A DNA stretch of 64,000 nt from Chloroflexota bacterium (GCA_039932335.1 JBDTQH010000015.1:23416-87415); one strand, 5' to 3'; counted from the stretch's first letter, positions 40,050 through 50,335 are shown. The notes: generated from the letters alone by a model not told the origin. A program made the numbers and translations.

Positions 40050-40912
40050 TGGCCCCAATGGAGAACGTCCCAACCGACCTGATAGGCCGGCGCATAGTCA
40101 TAAAGCTGGGTGGTGAGATCATGCTCAACCGCCCCGGCCTGGACTCCCTCTCGCGTGACATGGCAGCGCTGGTAGAAAACGGCGCCGCGGTCACGATCGT
40201 GCATGGCGGTGGCCCGCAAGCCGATGCGCTGGCCGAAGAGCTGGGCCACACCGTTCGCAAGGTGGCGGGCCGCCGGATTACCGACGATGACGCGCTGGAA
40301 GTCGCCAAAATGGTCTACGGCGGCAGCACCAACATAGAACTGCTCGCCGCCCTCACGCGAAACGGCGCGCGCCCTGTCGGCCTCTCCGGCATTGATGCAG
40401 GTCTCATCACCGTCACCCGCCGCCCGCCAACCCTCATGAAAGACCCAAAGACCGGCCTGCAAGAAATGGTTGACTTCGGCCATGTTGGCGACATCACAGG
40501 CACGCGAACCGATCTGCTCGACCTGCTGCACCTGAACGGCTATCTCCCTGTGGTAGCTTCGCTCGCCGCCGATCCACTAGGCAACATATACAATGTGAAC
40601 GCCGACACCGTGGCCCAAACGCTGGCCGTTGCGCTCCGTGCCGAAAGGCTCGTGCTCGTCACCAATGTGGCCGGCATCATGCTCGACCCAGCCAACCCTT
40701 CCACCCTGATCAAACAGTGCACCATCCAGCAGTTGCGCGACCTGATTTCATCGGGCATAGTATCCGGCGGCATGACGCCCAAAGCTCAGAATTGCATAGA
40801 CGCCATACAAGCAGGCGTGCAATCCGTCCAGATCATCGACGGCACAGGCGAAAGCCCACACTTGCTTAGAAGCATCACCGGGCAAGCAAGCGGAACCCTG
40901 ATAACCGCCTAG
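40049..40912 (+). CDS. argB: Acetylglutamate kinase
   Basis: RIVIKLGGEIM, TIVHGGGPQ amino-acid-kinase motifs; start overlaps the argD stop. Confidence 0.9.
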   Translation: MAPMENVPTDLIGRRIVIKLGGEIMLNRPGLDSLSRDMAALVENGAAVTIVHGGGPQADALAEELGHTVRKVAGRRITDDDALEVAKMVYGGSTNIELLAALTRNGARPVGLSGIDAGLITVTRRPPTLMKDPKTGLQEMVDFGHVGDITGTRTDLLDLLHLNGYLPVVASLAADPLGNIYNVNADTVAQTLAVALRAERLVLVTNVAGIMLDPANPSTLIKQCTIQQLRDLISSGIVSGGMTPKAQNCIDAIQAGVQSVQIIDGTGESPHLLRSITGQASGTLITA

Positions 40913-41152
40913 CCCTTCCACAAACAGGGTAAATGTGTATAACTCTGCAATCTGCCCATTGACCGCGTCCGGGTTGCCGCTTATGATAAGGCTACTTCGG
41001 GATTACAAGTTCGCTTGAATGAACGAAGGAACAAAAGCTCGGATGGTCCTCACGGATTGTTCGGGTTTTTTGTTTGCTTTCGTTCCACTACCGCGGCAGC
41101 TTCCACCAGACTGCATACCCAAACAAAAGCACTCCTACCCCAACTCCATGCC

Positions 41153-41310
41153 AACTCACGAAGTGGGCGTAAGAAAGTAGCCCCACGGCGTAAGCCTCGG
41201 GAGTACCCCGACGTATCGCATATAGCCCCGGAGGGGCGTAATATAGTAGCCCCATGCGTAAGCGTGGGGTAGAGCCACCGGAACCCCAAAGCCCCGTAGG
41301 GGCGATAGAA
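41153..41310. repeat. Cluster of small hairpin repeat units (cacgaagtgggcg..agaaagtagcccc..ggcgtaagcc..gggg)
   Basis: Shares an ~45-nt segment with 58503-58552 and gggcgatagaa with 1428-1444 and 58575-58590. Confidence 0.6.
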
Positions 41311-41549
41311 CAGACTGCTAAGCCCGCACTCATACCCCCTCCCCTCCCGGATGCACCCCACTTATCCCACCGTACCACCCACGTCCCACGGGCTAACACG
41401 AACGGACGGTACTATCCCAATACCTAAGTACCACCCTCCATACCATCCATTTCTCGATAATTCGGATATAATCCAGAAGCTAGGTGTGCCTTCGCCCTCC
41501 TCTTAATGCTGGGCTGCGCTAACAATATCGATAGAAAGTCGGAGCAAAC

Positions 41550-44063
41550 ATGCTTCCCATACATCGCCGTCACAGAACGACGAAACTGGCCATCGCCCTG
41601 GTAATGGTCCTTATCACCCTGCTGCCCGGCATCCCCGGCATAACGGTGCGCGCAAGTACACTGGCATCTACCTCCGCGCCCACATCCGCACCCGACGCCT
41701 CATCGCCGTTCGGTGTCGCGGGCGTTATGCGCTGGCCCGACTGGGGCTCTTTCAGCAGGCCCGTCGATGCCATGCTCGACACAGGCGGCACATGGGTGCG
41801 CGAAGATTTCGCCTGGGGCCTCATCGAGCCTCGCCAGGGGCAATTCGACTGGACCGCAACCGACCGTATTGCCGGGGCGCTCAGGGTCAAGGGCCTGAAC
41901 ATCCTCGGCATCATCTCCTATTCCGCAGCCTGGGCCACCCCCACCAAAGATGACGACGGCGCATCACCGCCCATCAGCATGTACCCGCCCGACCTCAAGC
42001 TCTACTACAACTTCGTTCACGCCCTCGTTTCGCACTACAAAGGAAGCGTCAGCCACTGGGAAGTCTGGAACGAGCCCAACAACGGCATATTCTGGAAGCC
42101 CGAACCCAATGCCCGCCAGTACGCCGACCTGCTAAAGACCGCCTACAAAGCGATTAAAGACGCCGATCCCGGCTCAACCGTCCTGAACGGCGGGGTGAAC
42201 GGCAACGCGATCCCCTTCCTCGAAGAAATGGAAGCAGCAGGCGCGGGCGACTCATACGACGTGCTCGCCATCCACCCTTACGCAACCCCGCTCGATCCTG
42301 CGAAGGGGCGTATGCAAAGCATGCCGGAAGTCTACAAGACCCTCGACATCGAGATGAACAAGTACCACGCCTTCCTGCAGAGGCACGGCCACAACCGCCC
42401 CATCTGGATCACGGAGATCGGCTGGCCCGCCGCCGACTGGTCGCTTGACGAGAACTTCCAGGCCGATTACCTCGCACAGGCCTACGCACTCATCCTCTCA
42501 AGCGGGCTGGCGCAGCGTGTCTTCTGGTATTCGTTCAAGGATGACGCCGCCAGCGGACACGAAAGCTGGGGCCTTGTGCGCTGGGGCAAGGGACAAACCG
42601 ACCTGGAGCAGCGCCGCCCGTCGTTCGCTGCCTATTCAACCTCGGCCAAAATGCTCACAGGCGTCACCCCGGCCGGGCGCATCCAGTTGGGCCAGTACGC
42701 CACCATAGAAGGGTTCGAGCAGCAGGGCAACTGGGCCCGCAGCACCAACCCGGAGGGCGCGTTCGCCGTCTCCACCGAGCAAAAGCACAGCGGAACCTCC
42801 TCAGGAAAGCTCAGCTACAATTTCACAGGCTCCAGCCAGGCCGTGGACTTCGCGCCTCCGGCCCCGGTCACCCTGCCGGGCAACCCCACTCGACTTGGAC
42901 TATGGGTGCTGGGCGACGCCTCGGGCAACTACATCAGCATATGGTTGCGCGACCGCGACGGAGAGCTGTTCAAGGTGCGGCTCGGCGCTGTCACAGGCGC
43001 GGCAGATGGCTGGCGCTACTACGAATCCCGCATCCAGAACTACTATTATGATTGGGAGAAAGCAGGCGGCAACCCGGCAAACGGCACGCCTGATTACCCC
43101 CTGCAATTCGTAAGCGTGCGGCTCGAAAACACACCCGACGAGCCTTCAGGCGCGGGCGCGATCTATCTCGACGACCTTCAATCTTTCGACGGCCCCGACG
43201 CCACGGCTCTGCGCTTCAACCGCCCCGGCGGCGAGGTGGTTGATGTGCTCTGGTCGGCCAATCCCACTGAAGTAACCCTACCCACGGGCGCGAGCGCACA
43301 GGTCGTCACCCGCGACGGCACGAAGACGGTTGACGCTTCAAACGGACTGCTGACCTTGAAGTTAGGGAGCAACCCAACATACGTCGTACACAAGCAGCAA
43401 AAACTGGGCGCAACCGAACCCGCCGCTGGTCCGGTGCAGCCGGGAGCAAAGGATAACCTCTTGCCTGGGGCCGGAACACTGGATTTATGCGGGGCAGCCG
43501 TGCAGGCCAAACAGGTGGCCGACCCCGACAACCGTTACTTCCCGGAAACCAACCACAATCTGACCGGCGCATTCCGCCGCTACTGGGAAGCCAATGGCAG
43601 CGTCACTCAGCTTGGCTACCCGATTACCGATGTCTTCGCGGGCAAGTCGTCCGACGGCAAGACCTACACCCAGCAGCTATTTGAGCGAGCGCGCATGGAA
43701 TACCACCCGGAGAGCAAGCCGCCGGACGACGTGCAACTTGGCTTGCTGGGCGTATGGGTAACCGACGGCCGCGCTCTCGGACAGGCCAAACCAGCCTCTC
43801 CAGGTGCCATGACTTTCCCTGAAACAGGCCAATCGCTCGACCTCTTCAAAGCAGAATGGAGCAGCAACGGCGGACTGCCCATATTCGGCTTCCCCATCTC
43901 CGGCGAGCTACAGGAGCGCAACCCCGCCGACGGCAAAACATACACAGTCCAGTACTTCCAGCGTAACCGCATGGAATACCACCCCGAATACCAGGGCACC
44001 CCAAGAGAAGTAATGCTCGGCCTCCTCGGAGTAGAATACCTAACCAAACAAGCCTGCAAATAA
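41550..44063 (+). CDS. Secreted clan GH-A (GH5-like) glycoside hydrolase with two C-terminal LGFP-like repeats
   Basis: Signal peptide; HWEVWNEPN (acid/base) and IWITEIGW (nucleophile) motifs; two C-terminal ~70-aa repeats of the same type as in the 9709 protein (about 43537-43755 and 43811-44032). Confidence 0.8.
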   Translation: MLPIHRRHRTTKLAIALVMVLITLLPGIPGITVRASTLASTSAPTSAPDASSPFGVAGVMRWPDWGSFSRPVDAMLDTGGTWVREDFAWGLIEPRQGQFDWTATDRIAGALRVKGLNILGIISYSAAWATPTKDDDGASPPISMYPPDLKLYYNFVHALVSHYKGSVSHWEVWNEPNNGIFWKPEPNARQYADLLKTAYKAIKDADPGSTVLNGGVNGNAIPFLEEMEAAGAGDSYDVLAIHPYATPLDPAKGRMQSMPEVYKTLDIEMNKYHAFLQRHGHNRPIWITEIGWPAADWSLDENFQADYLAQAYALILSSGLAQRVFWYSFKDDAASGHESWGLVRWGKGQTDLEQRRPSFAAYSTSAKMLTGVTPAGRIQLGQYATIEGFEQQGNWARSTNPEGAFAVSTEQKHSGTSSGKLSYNFTGSSQAVDFAPPAPVTLPGNPTRLGLWVLGDASGNYISIWLRDRDGELFKVRLGAVTGAADGWRYYESRIQNYYYDWEKAGGNPANGTPDYPLQFVSVRLENTPDEPSGAGAIYLDDLQSFDGPDATALRFNRPGGEVVDVLWSANPTEVTLPTGASAQVVTRDGTKTVDASNGLLTLKLGSNPTYVVHKQQKLGATEPAAGPVQPGAKDNLLPGAGTLDLCGAAVQAKQVADPDNRYFPETNHNLTGAFRRYWEANGSVTQLGYPITDVFAGKSSDGKTYTQQLFERARMEYHPESKPPDDVQLGLLGVWVTDGRALGQAKPASPGAMTFPETGQSLDLFKAEWSSNGGLPIFGFPISGELQERNPADGKTYTVQYFQRNRMEYHPEYQGTPREVMLGLLGVEYLTKQACK

Positions 44064-44209
44064 CCTCCACCCACACAACCAACCCCAGGTAGGTTTGTGG
44101 CGCTCCCCATCCGGGTTCCACGGTCAGTGCACACATGGCGCAACAGGGATGCCGGGAGAACCGCCTGCCGGAGTATCAGGGGTGTTTGCCTTCTATCCAG
44201 GCAAACGGT

Positions 44210-44300
44210 GTTGACCGGGCGCTCCCTGTCCGGGGTATTAGCGGTGTTAGCGTTCTACCCAGGAAAGAGGCGTTGACAAGAGCCTCCCTGTCTGGGGTCT
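44210..44300. repeat. Two tandem copies of the GTTGAC...CTCCCTGTC(C/T)GGGG element
   Basis: gttgaccgggcgctccctgtccggggtat and gttgacaagagcctccctgtctggggtct; related to 30195-30235. Confidence 0.6.
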
Positions 44301-44991
44301 CTAGTCGTAAGCCAGCACGGTACAAGGGGGTGCAGGAGGAACGCCTGCCGGGGCTAGGGGTGTCCCCTACCCTTCTCCACTATAAAAAGCCCCCTTTCAC
44401 CGCGAAGCGGGGAGAGGGGGTTGGGGGTGAGGGGTCGTGGCGCTCTCCTGAACCAAAGTGTCAACATCCTGCCCAAGCAGAAGGCATATCGATACTAGCC
44501 AGCCTGGCCATGGCGTGTCCCCCAGCCTGAACTCCATCAACTGACCACTTTACTCTTGCAGCACCCGCGCTTCTTTGCTATGATAAGCCTGTTCCCTGCC
44601 CGACCAGGCCCGCATCCCATTCCTCCCGCAGCCGCCTGACCGGCGTCCTTTCTTTACGCCGCGAAACAATCATACTCCTACACCCATTTTGTGCACCACC
44701 CACAAACCGGCACGTGGAGGTCCGGCAATATACGCCGCCCGACGCTATACCTATGGCGTCGGGGTCTAGCATACCCAACACCGACCACGCGCAAACAGGC
44801 GCTCCACCCAGAGCCGTCGCGCAAGTGGTAGTAAACGTTGAAAGGAGGTCAGGCAACCCAGACTAATTCCCAACGAAAACCATCTCAACACAACTTAAAT
44901 GCTGTATCCCGTCTGCGCTCCGGCCGCCACCTATTTAGACGGCTCTGCGTACCACGCAGCAAACAGCACGCCAACAAGGAGGTTGAATCCA

Positions 44992-45501
44992 GTGAAGCAA
45001 AAGGTATCTATCAACGTCAACGGCGTTCAGCGCGAGGACGAAGTCGAACCGCGCACCCTCCTGGTCCACTACATCCGCGAGACGCTTGGCCTCACCGGCA
45101 CCCACATTGGCTGCGATACCAGCCAGTGTGGCGCTTGCACCGTCCACCTCGACGGCACGGCGGTCAAATCGTGTACTATTTTCGCGGTGCAGGCCGACGG
45201 CTCTCAGGTCACCACCATCGAAGGCATAGCCGGCGACAGCACAGAAATGCACCCCATGCAAACCGCCTTCTGGGAGCAACATGGTCTGCAATGCGGCTAC
45301 TGCACCCCGGGCATGATTATGTCTGCCGCCTCCCTCCTCAAGGACAACCCTCACCCCACCGAACAAGAAATCCGCCATGGTCTCGAAGGCAATATATGCC
45401 GCTGCACAGGCTATCACAACATAGTAAAAGCCGTCCGAGCAGCCGCCGGAGAAGAAGTAAACGCAACTTCCAACCGCGGCGAAATGATGCCTACAAAATA
45501 G
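44992..45501 (+). CDS. (2Fe-2S)-binding small subunit of a molybdo-dehydrogenase (CoxS/CutS-like)
   Basis: [12 protein letters not shown] and CGYCTPG iron-sulfur motifs; GTG start with AAGGAGG RBS. Confidence 0.9.
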   Translation: MKQKVSINVNGVQREDEVEPRTLLVHYIRETLGLTGTHIGCDTSQCGACTVHLDGTAVKSCTIFAVQADGSQVTTIEGIAGDSTEMHPMQTAFWEQHGLQCGYCTPGMIMSAASLLKDNPHPTEQEIRHGLEGNICRCTGYHNIVKAVRAAAGEEVNATSNRGEMMPTK

Positions 45502-45559
45502 AAATGAGAAATAAGATATGAGAGAGCTTCCATTCTCATTTCTCACATCTCATTTCTCG
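45501..45559. repeat. Inverted AAATGAG-heptamer arrays in the coxS-coxL spacer
   Basis: gaaatgagaaataagatatgagagag ... cattctcatttctcacatctcatttctcg. Confidence 0.7.
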
Positions 45560-45576
45560 TTCAAAGGAGAACAGAC

Positions 45577-47997
45577 ATGGCAATCGGCAACATGGTCGGC
45601 GCCAGTGTGCGCCGGCACGAAGACCCCAAGCTGGTTTCGGGGGCGGGCACATACGTGGACGACATCAAGCTGCCCGGTATGCTCTACATCGGCATTGCCC
45701 GCAGTCCTTACGCCCATGCCCGCGTAACAGGCCTTGACACATCGGGCCTCGACGGACAAAAAGGCGTCGTCGCGAGAATAACAGGCGAGGATGTCCGCAA
45801 GCGCCAGCGCGCACCCCTTCCCATCAGCTGGATTGTTCCACCTGACATCAAGACGCCCGAGCACTGGGCGATGGCAACCGGCGTTGTGCGCTACATTGGC
45901 GAGCCTGTGGCGGCAATCGCCGTTGAAGATCGCTATGCCGTCGAAGATGCACTGGACATGCTCAATATCGACTTCGACCCGCTGCCCGTGGTCACAGGTG
46001 TCGAAGAGGCCCTCAAAGAAGGAGCGCCCCTCGTACATGAGGAGCTGGGCACGAACCAGGCGTACAAGTTCAGCGTCGCCACCGGAAACGACCTGGATGA
46101 AGCATTCAGCAACGCCGACGTAGTAGTAAAGCAGCGCCTGGTCAACCAGCGGCTTGCCCCGGTTTCCATCGAGACGCGCGGCATCGTTGCCCAGTACAAC
46201 AAGGCCAGCAACGAGCTAACCATGTGGTCAAGCACGCAGACTCCCCACCTCACCAAGCACCACGTCGCCGAGATGCTGGGCATCCCGGAACATAACGTGC
46301 GGGTGATCGCTCCCGACGTGGGTGGCGGCTTCGGGTCAAAGCTCAACCTGCTCCCTGAAGATTTCATCGTGCCCTACATGGCGATAGTCACCGGCCGCCC
46401 CGTTAAGTGGATCGAAAGCCGGACAGAGAACCTGATGAACACCGTCCACGGGCGCGACATGGTCGATTACATCGAGATCGCCGCCATGAGCGATGGCACC
46501 ATCACGGGGTTGCGCGCCAACATCTACGCCAACCTGGGTGCCTACTGCCGCTTCTTCGCGGCGGGCCTCCCTGTGCTCGCGGGCCTTATGCTCCCCGGCA
46601 ACTACAAAATCCCGGCATTCGGTGTCGACATCTACACAGCCTACACCAACACCCTCTTCATCGACGCATACCGCGGCGCGGGCCGTCCCGAAGCCACCTA
46701 TGCTATCGAGCGCACACTCGATATACTGGCCGACGAGCTAGGCATGGACCCCGCCGAACTTCGCCGCAAGAACTTTGTGAAGGAAGAAGACTGGCCCTTC
46801 ACAAGCGCCGCAGGTCTCGCCTACGACAGCGGCAACTACGTGCCCACGCTCGACAAAGCCCTCGAAATGGCGGGCTACATGGAGTCTCGCGCACGCCAGC
46901 AAGAACACAACGCCAGCAATCCACGCGTCCGCAAAGGCATCGGCCTTGCCGCCTATGTGGAAATCGCGGGCTGGGGACCGGGCCAGGCCACCAAGGGCCT
47001 CGGTGTCACCAACCAGCTTTTCGGTAGCGCGACCGTGCGCGTGGACCGCTCAGGCACAGTCGAAGTGCTCGCGGGTGCCAGCGGCCACGGCCAGGGCCAC
47101 ACCACAAGCTGGGCCCAGATAGCCGCCGACCAGCTTGGCATCGGCCACGAGCAGGTGAAGGTCTATGAGGGCGACACCGCAATGATACAGACCGGGACAG
47201 GCACATTCGCCAGCCGCAGCGTCTCCGTGGACGGCGCCGGTGTGCACATCGCCGCACAGAAAGTACGCGACAAAGTGCTCAGGATCGCCGCTCACCAACT
47301 CGAAGTGGACCCCGCCGACCTGGTACTCAGCAACGGCATGATTACTGTAAAGGGCATGCCCCTCAGCGAAGATGTCGTAGCCGCAGGCAAACTGCAGACG
47401 CCCGAAGCAGCCGAAGAGCCTGCCCCGCCGCGCTCCGTCTCATTCAACGATATAGCCCATTCGGCCAACACAGGCCACGATCTGCCGCCCGGCGAGGAAC
47501 CCGGCCTCAACGAGACCGCCTTCTTCGATCCGGTCAACTTCACCTATCCCTTCGGCGTGCATATCGCTGAGGTAGACGTCGATACCGAAACAGGCGAGAC
47601 CACCATCACGCGCTATGTGGCGGTGGACGACTGCGGCAACGTCATCAACCCTATGATCGTCGACGGCCAGGTGCATGGCGGCGTGGCGCAGGGTGTCGCT
47701 CAGGCTCTCTGGGAAGAGGTCGTATACGACGAGAACGGCCAGCTTATCACAGGCACACTGATGGACTATGCTGTGCCGTTCAGCAGCGACCTCCCCAACA
47801 TCGAAACAGGTGCAACCATCACACCTTCTCCCGTGAATCCTCTAGGCGTGAAAGGCGTGGGCGAAGCAGGCACAATCGCCGCCACCCCCGTGATCGTGAA
47901 CGCCGTAGTTGACGCCCTCAGCGGCCTAGGCGTGCGCCACATCGATATGCCCCTGCGCCCGGAAAAGGTCTGGAAAGCCATCCATGAGAACGGATAG
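45577..47997 (+). CDS. Molybdopterin-binding large subunit, form-II CoxL-like (xanthine dehydrogenase family)
   Basis: 806 aa; active-site loop AYRGAGR (form II) rather than AYXCSFR (form I). Confidence 0.9.
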   Translation: MAIGNMVGASVRRHEDPKLVSGAGTYVDDIKLPGMLYIGIARSPYAHARVTGLDTSGLDGQKGVVARITGEDVRKRQRAPLPISWIVPPDIKTPEHWAMATGVVRYIGEPVAAIAVEDRYAVEDALDMLNIDFDPLPVVTGVEEALKEGAPLVHEELGTNQAYKFSVATGNDLDEAFSNADVVVKQRLVNQRLAPVSIETRGIVAQYNKASNELTMWSSTQTPHLTKHHVAEMLGIPEHNVRVIAPDVGGGFGSKLNLLPEDFIVPYMAIVTGRPVKWIESRTENLMNTVHGRDMVDYIEIAAMSDGTITGLRANIYANLGAYCRFFAAGLPVLAGLMLPGNYKIPAFGVDIYTAYTNTLFIDAYRGAGRPEATYAIERTLDILADELGMDPAELRRKNFVKEEDWPFTSAAGLAYDSGNYVPTLDKALEMAGYMESRARQQEHNASNPRVRKGIGLAAYVEIAGWGPGQATKGLGVTNQLFGSATVRVDRSGTVEVLAGASGHGQGHTTSWAQIAADQLGIGHEQVKVYEGDTAMIQTGTGTFASRSVSVDGAGVHIAAQKVRDKVLRIAAHQLEVDPADLVLSNGMITVKGMPLSEDVVAAGKLQTPEAAEEPAPPRSVSFNDIAHSANTGHDLPPGEEPGLNETAFFDPVNFTYPFGVHIAEVDVDTETGETTITRYVAVDDCGNVINPMIVDGQVHGGVAQGVAQALWEEVVYDENGQLITGTLMDYAVPFSSDLPNIETGATITPSPVNPLGVKGVGEAGTIAATPVIVNAVVDALSGLGVRHIDMPLRPEKVWKAIHENG

Positions 47998-48000
47998 TAA

Positions 48001-48057
48001 GAAATGAGAAATGAGAAATCAGAAATCAGAAATGAGAAATCAGAAACGAGAAATGAG
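48001..48057. repeat. (AAATGAG/AAATCAG)x8 tandem heptamer array
   Basis: gaaatgagaaatgagaaatcagaaatcagaaatgagaaatcagaaacgagaaatgag. Confidence 0.85.
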
Positions 48058-48107
48058 ATGCAAATGCCTGCCTCTTTGCTAAACACGAAAGAGTGTCCAT
48101 CACTAGC

Positions 48108-48163
48108 TCACTTCTCACTTCTCACTTCTCACTTCTCACTTCTCACTTCTCACTTCTCATTTC
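48108..48163. repeat. (CTCACTT/CTCATTT)x8 tandem heptamer array, inverted partner of 48001-48057
   Basis: ctcacttctcacttctcacttctcacttctcacttctcacttctcatttctcattt. Confidence 0.85.
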
Positions 48164-48200
48164 TCATTTGTAACCGCTCACATCGTCAAAGGAGACTAAC

Positions 48201-49055
48201 GTGATTCCAAAAGAGTTTAATTATGTCGCGCCTTCTACGCTGGACGAAGCGCTCGCGGCGTTGCGGGATGGCGGCGACGATGCTAAGGCGCTCGCGGGCG
48301 GGCACAGCCTCATCCCGATGATGAAGCTGCGCCTGGCCGCGCCTACTATGTTGGTCGATCTACGCCGCATCAACGAACTGCGGCGGGTCGATACCCACAA
48401 CGGCAACATCGAGATAGGCTCGATGGTGACCTACCGCACGCTGCTTAACGACGAATCGATACAGGCGGCCTGTTCGCTTCTGTCTGAGTGCGCAGCCAGC
48501 ATCGGTGACTCGCAGGTGCGCTCTCGCGGCACAATCGGCGGAAGCCTCGCACATGCCGACCCCGCCGCCGACCTGCCTGCCGCCATCCTTGCCCTCGATG
48601 CCACTCTGCTCACCACAGCAGGCGAGATCCCCGCTGCCGATTTCTTCACCGATCTCTTCACCACTTCGCTGGAACCGGGACAGATAGTCACAGGCGTGCG
48701 CGTGGCCCGCTCGAGCGGCAAGTCAGGCTCGGCCTACGTGAAGATACGCAACAAAGCATCGCACTATGCCCTTGTGGGCGCCGCAGCCGTGCTCTCGCTC
48801 GACAACGACAGCACCTGCAACAACGCCTCCATCGGCATAACAGGCGCGGCATCCAAAGCCTTCCGCCTCTCGGCTGTAGAAGACGCCCTCAAAGGCACGC
48901 GCCTCTCTGACCAGGACATTGAGGCAGCGCTGGGCAATGTCGGCGGCCTGGACGTAGACTGGATGGAAGACCTCTTCGGTTCAGCCGACTACCGCAAGCA
49001 CCTGACAGGCGTAGTAACCAGACGAGCTATAGACACAGCCAAAAGCAGAATGTAA
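48201..49055 (+). CDS. FAD-binding medium subunit (CoxM/CutM-like)
   Basis: FAD_binding_5 family motifs (AGGHSLIPMMKLR, GTIGGSLAHADPAAD); GTG start. Confidence 0.85.
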   Translation: MIPKEFNYVAPSTLDEALAALRDGGDDAKALAGGHSLIPMMKLRLAAPTMLVDLRRINELRRVDTHNGNIEIGSMVTYRTLLNDESIQAACSLLSECAASIGDSQVRSRGTIGGSLAHADPAADLPAAILALDATLLTTAGEIPAADFFTDLFTTSLEPGQIVTGVRVARSSGKSGSAYVKIRNKASHYALVGAAAVLSLDNDSTCNNASIGITGAASKAFRLSAVEDALKGTRLSDQDIEAALGNVGGLDVDWMEDLFGSADYRKHLTGVVTRRAIDTAKSRM

Positions 49056-49071
49056 GCGCACGATGCGCTAA

Positions 49072-49141
49072 AGAAATGAGAAATGAGAAGCGTTATATCT
49101 CATTTCTCATTTCTCATTTCCGGCACAGTTCTCATTTCTGG
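49072..49141. repeat. Inverted AAATGAG-heptamer arrays in the coxM-coxD spacer
   Basis: agaaatgagaaatgagaag-cgttatat-ctcatttctcatttctcatttcc ... ttctcatttctgg. Confidence 0.75.
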
Positions 49142-49201
49142 CACAGCATGTGATAAACTGGAATATCAACCGGAAGCGTAAACCCTGAAGACTAACTATC
49201 T

Positions 49202-50119
49202 ATGTTCGACACCATCAACGACCTTCAACAAGCCCTGGCCTCCCATAATTACGTCGCGGAGCGTGGCCTTGCCACCTCGCTTTTTCTGAGCCTCAAGCTG
49301 CCAAAGCCGCTCTTCCTTGAGGGCGAAGCGGGCGTCGGCAAGACGGAGATAGCCAAAACCCTGGCCGCCATCCTGGGTACCGACCTTATTCGCCTCCAAT
49401 GCTACGAAGGGTTGGACGTCAGCACAGCCGTCTATGAATGGAGCTATGCGCGCCAGATGATGCGCATTCGCCTCATGGAAGCGCGCGGCCATACCGCCGA
49501 GTTTGAAGAAGCAGAGCTATTCGGGCCTGAGTTCCTGGTCAAGCGTCCTCTCCTACAGGCCGTCACCTACCCCGGTCCCGGCCGCCCCGTGCTGCTGATA
49601 GACGAGCTTGACCGTGCCGACGAAGAGTTCGAGGCGTTCCTGCTGGAGCTGCTCTCCGATTTCCAGATAACGGTCCCTGAGGTGGGAACCTTCCGCCCCA
49701 CCGAGCCGCCTGCCGTCATCATCACCAGCAACCGCACCCGCGAAATCCACGATGCGCTAAAGCGTCGCTGCCTCTATCACTGGATCGAATATCCCACCTT
49801 CGACAAAGAGCTTGCGGTCCTCAAAACCCGCCTCCCCGACGTGCCCGGCGAGTTGGCCCTACAAGTAGTGGCGCTGGTGCAACAGGTACGCAGAATGGAC
49901 CTCTATAAGCTGCCCGGCGTAGCAGAAACCCTCGACTGGACAGCCGCCCTCCTCGCCCTCGAGCAGCAAACCCTCACAGTAGATGTGGTCAGCGACACCC
50001 TGGGCGCACTCCTCAAACACCAGGAAGACATAGAACGCCTCGGCGGCCAAACCCTCGACGTAATGGTCCAGAAGGCCCAAGCATCCGCACTAGAGGCTAC
50101 TATGAAATCTAATGGGTAA
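49202..50119 (+). CDS. MoxR-like AAA ATPase (CoxD-like maturation factor)
   Basis: Walker A GEAGVGKT; MoxR family; downstream of coxSLM. Confidence 0.85.
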   Translation: MFDTINDLQQALASHNYVAERGLATSLFLSLKLPKPLFLEGEAGVGKTEIAKTLAAILGTDLIRLQCYEGLDVSTAVYEWSYARQMMRIRLMEARGHTAEFEEAELFGPEFLVKRPLLQAVTYPGPGRPVLLIDELDRADEEFEAFLLELLSDFQITVPEVGTFRPTEPPAVIITSNRTREIHDALKRRCLYHWIEYPTFDKELAVLKTRLPDVPGELALQVVALVQQVRRMDLYKLPGVAETLDWTAALLALEQQTLTVDVVSDTLGALLKHQEDIERLGGQTLDVMVQKAQASALEATMKSNG

Positions 50120-50137
50120 AGTTGATACAAGAAGGTT

Positions 50138-50335
50138 ATGGAAAGAAAAGCATACCCGGGCCACCTGAGTGACGAAGACTGGGTGTTTGTTGCTCCTTTC
50201 CTTACGCTCATGACCGAAGATGCCCGAGCGAGTGTATCACTTAGAGACGTATTCAACGGCTTGCGATTTTGCCAAGAGCAGGCGCTCCGTACGGGCTACG
50301 CAACCTGCCAAACTCACAAACGTTATTATTACTGA
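50138..50335 (+). pseudogene. N-terminal remnant of an IS5/IS4-family (DUF4096-type) transposase
   Basis: MERKAYPGHLSDEDWVFVAPFLTLMTEDA...RDVFNGL matches the conserved transposase N-terminus (RKAYPSDLTDEEWALLEPLLP...VLNAILY); truncated after 65 aa. Confidence 0.5.

Noticed and set aside
44135-44530. 131-aa ORF upstream of the cox cluster (and the 96-aa ORF 30024..30314 on the minus strand)
   Set aside because: Both translate the same dispersed repeat as GVDRALPVRG. The ORFs sit in repeat-rich non-coding DNA without an RBS, so they are artefacts of the repeat.
48001-48163. A possible CRISPR array suggested by the regular short repeats
   Set aside because: The repeat unit is only 7 nt with no intervening unique spacers, and the two arrays are inverted complements. 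These are tandem heptamer repeats, not a CRISPR array.
50138-50335. An intact small gene (65 aa) after coxD
   Set aside because: It is better explained as a truncated transposase N-terminus than as a functional protein.
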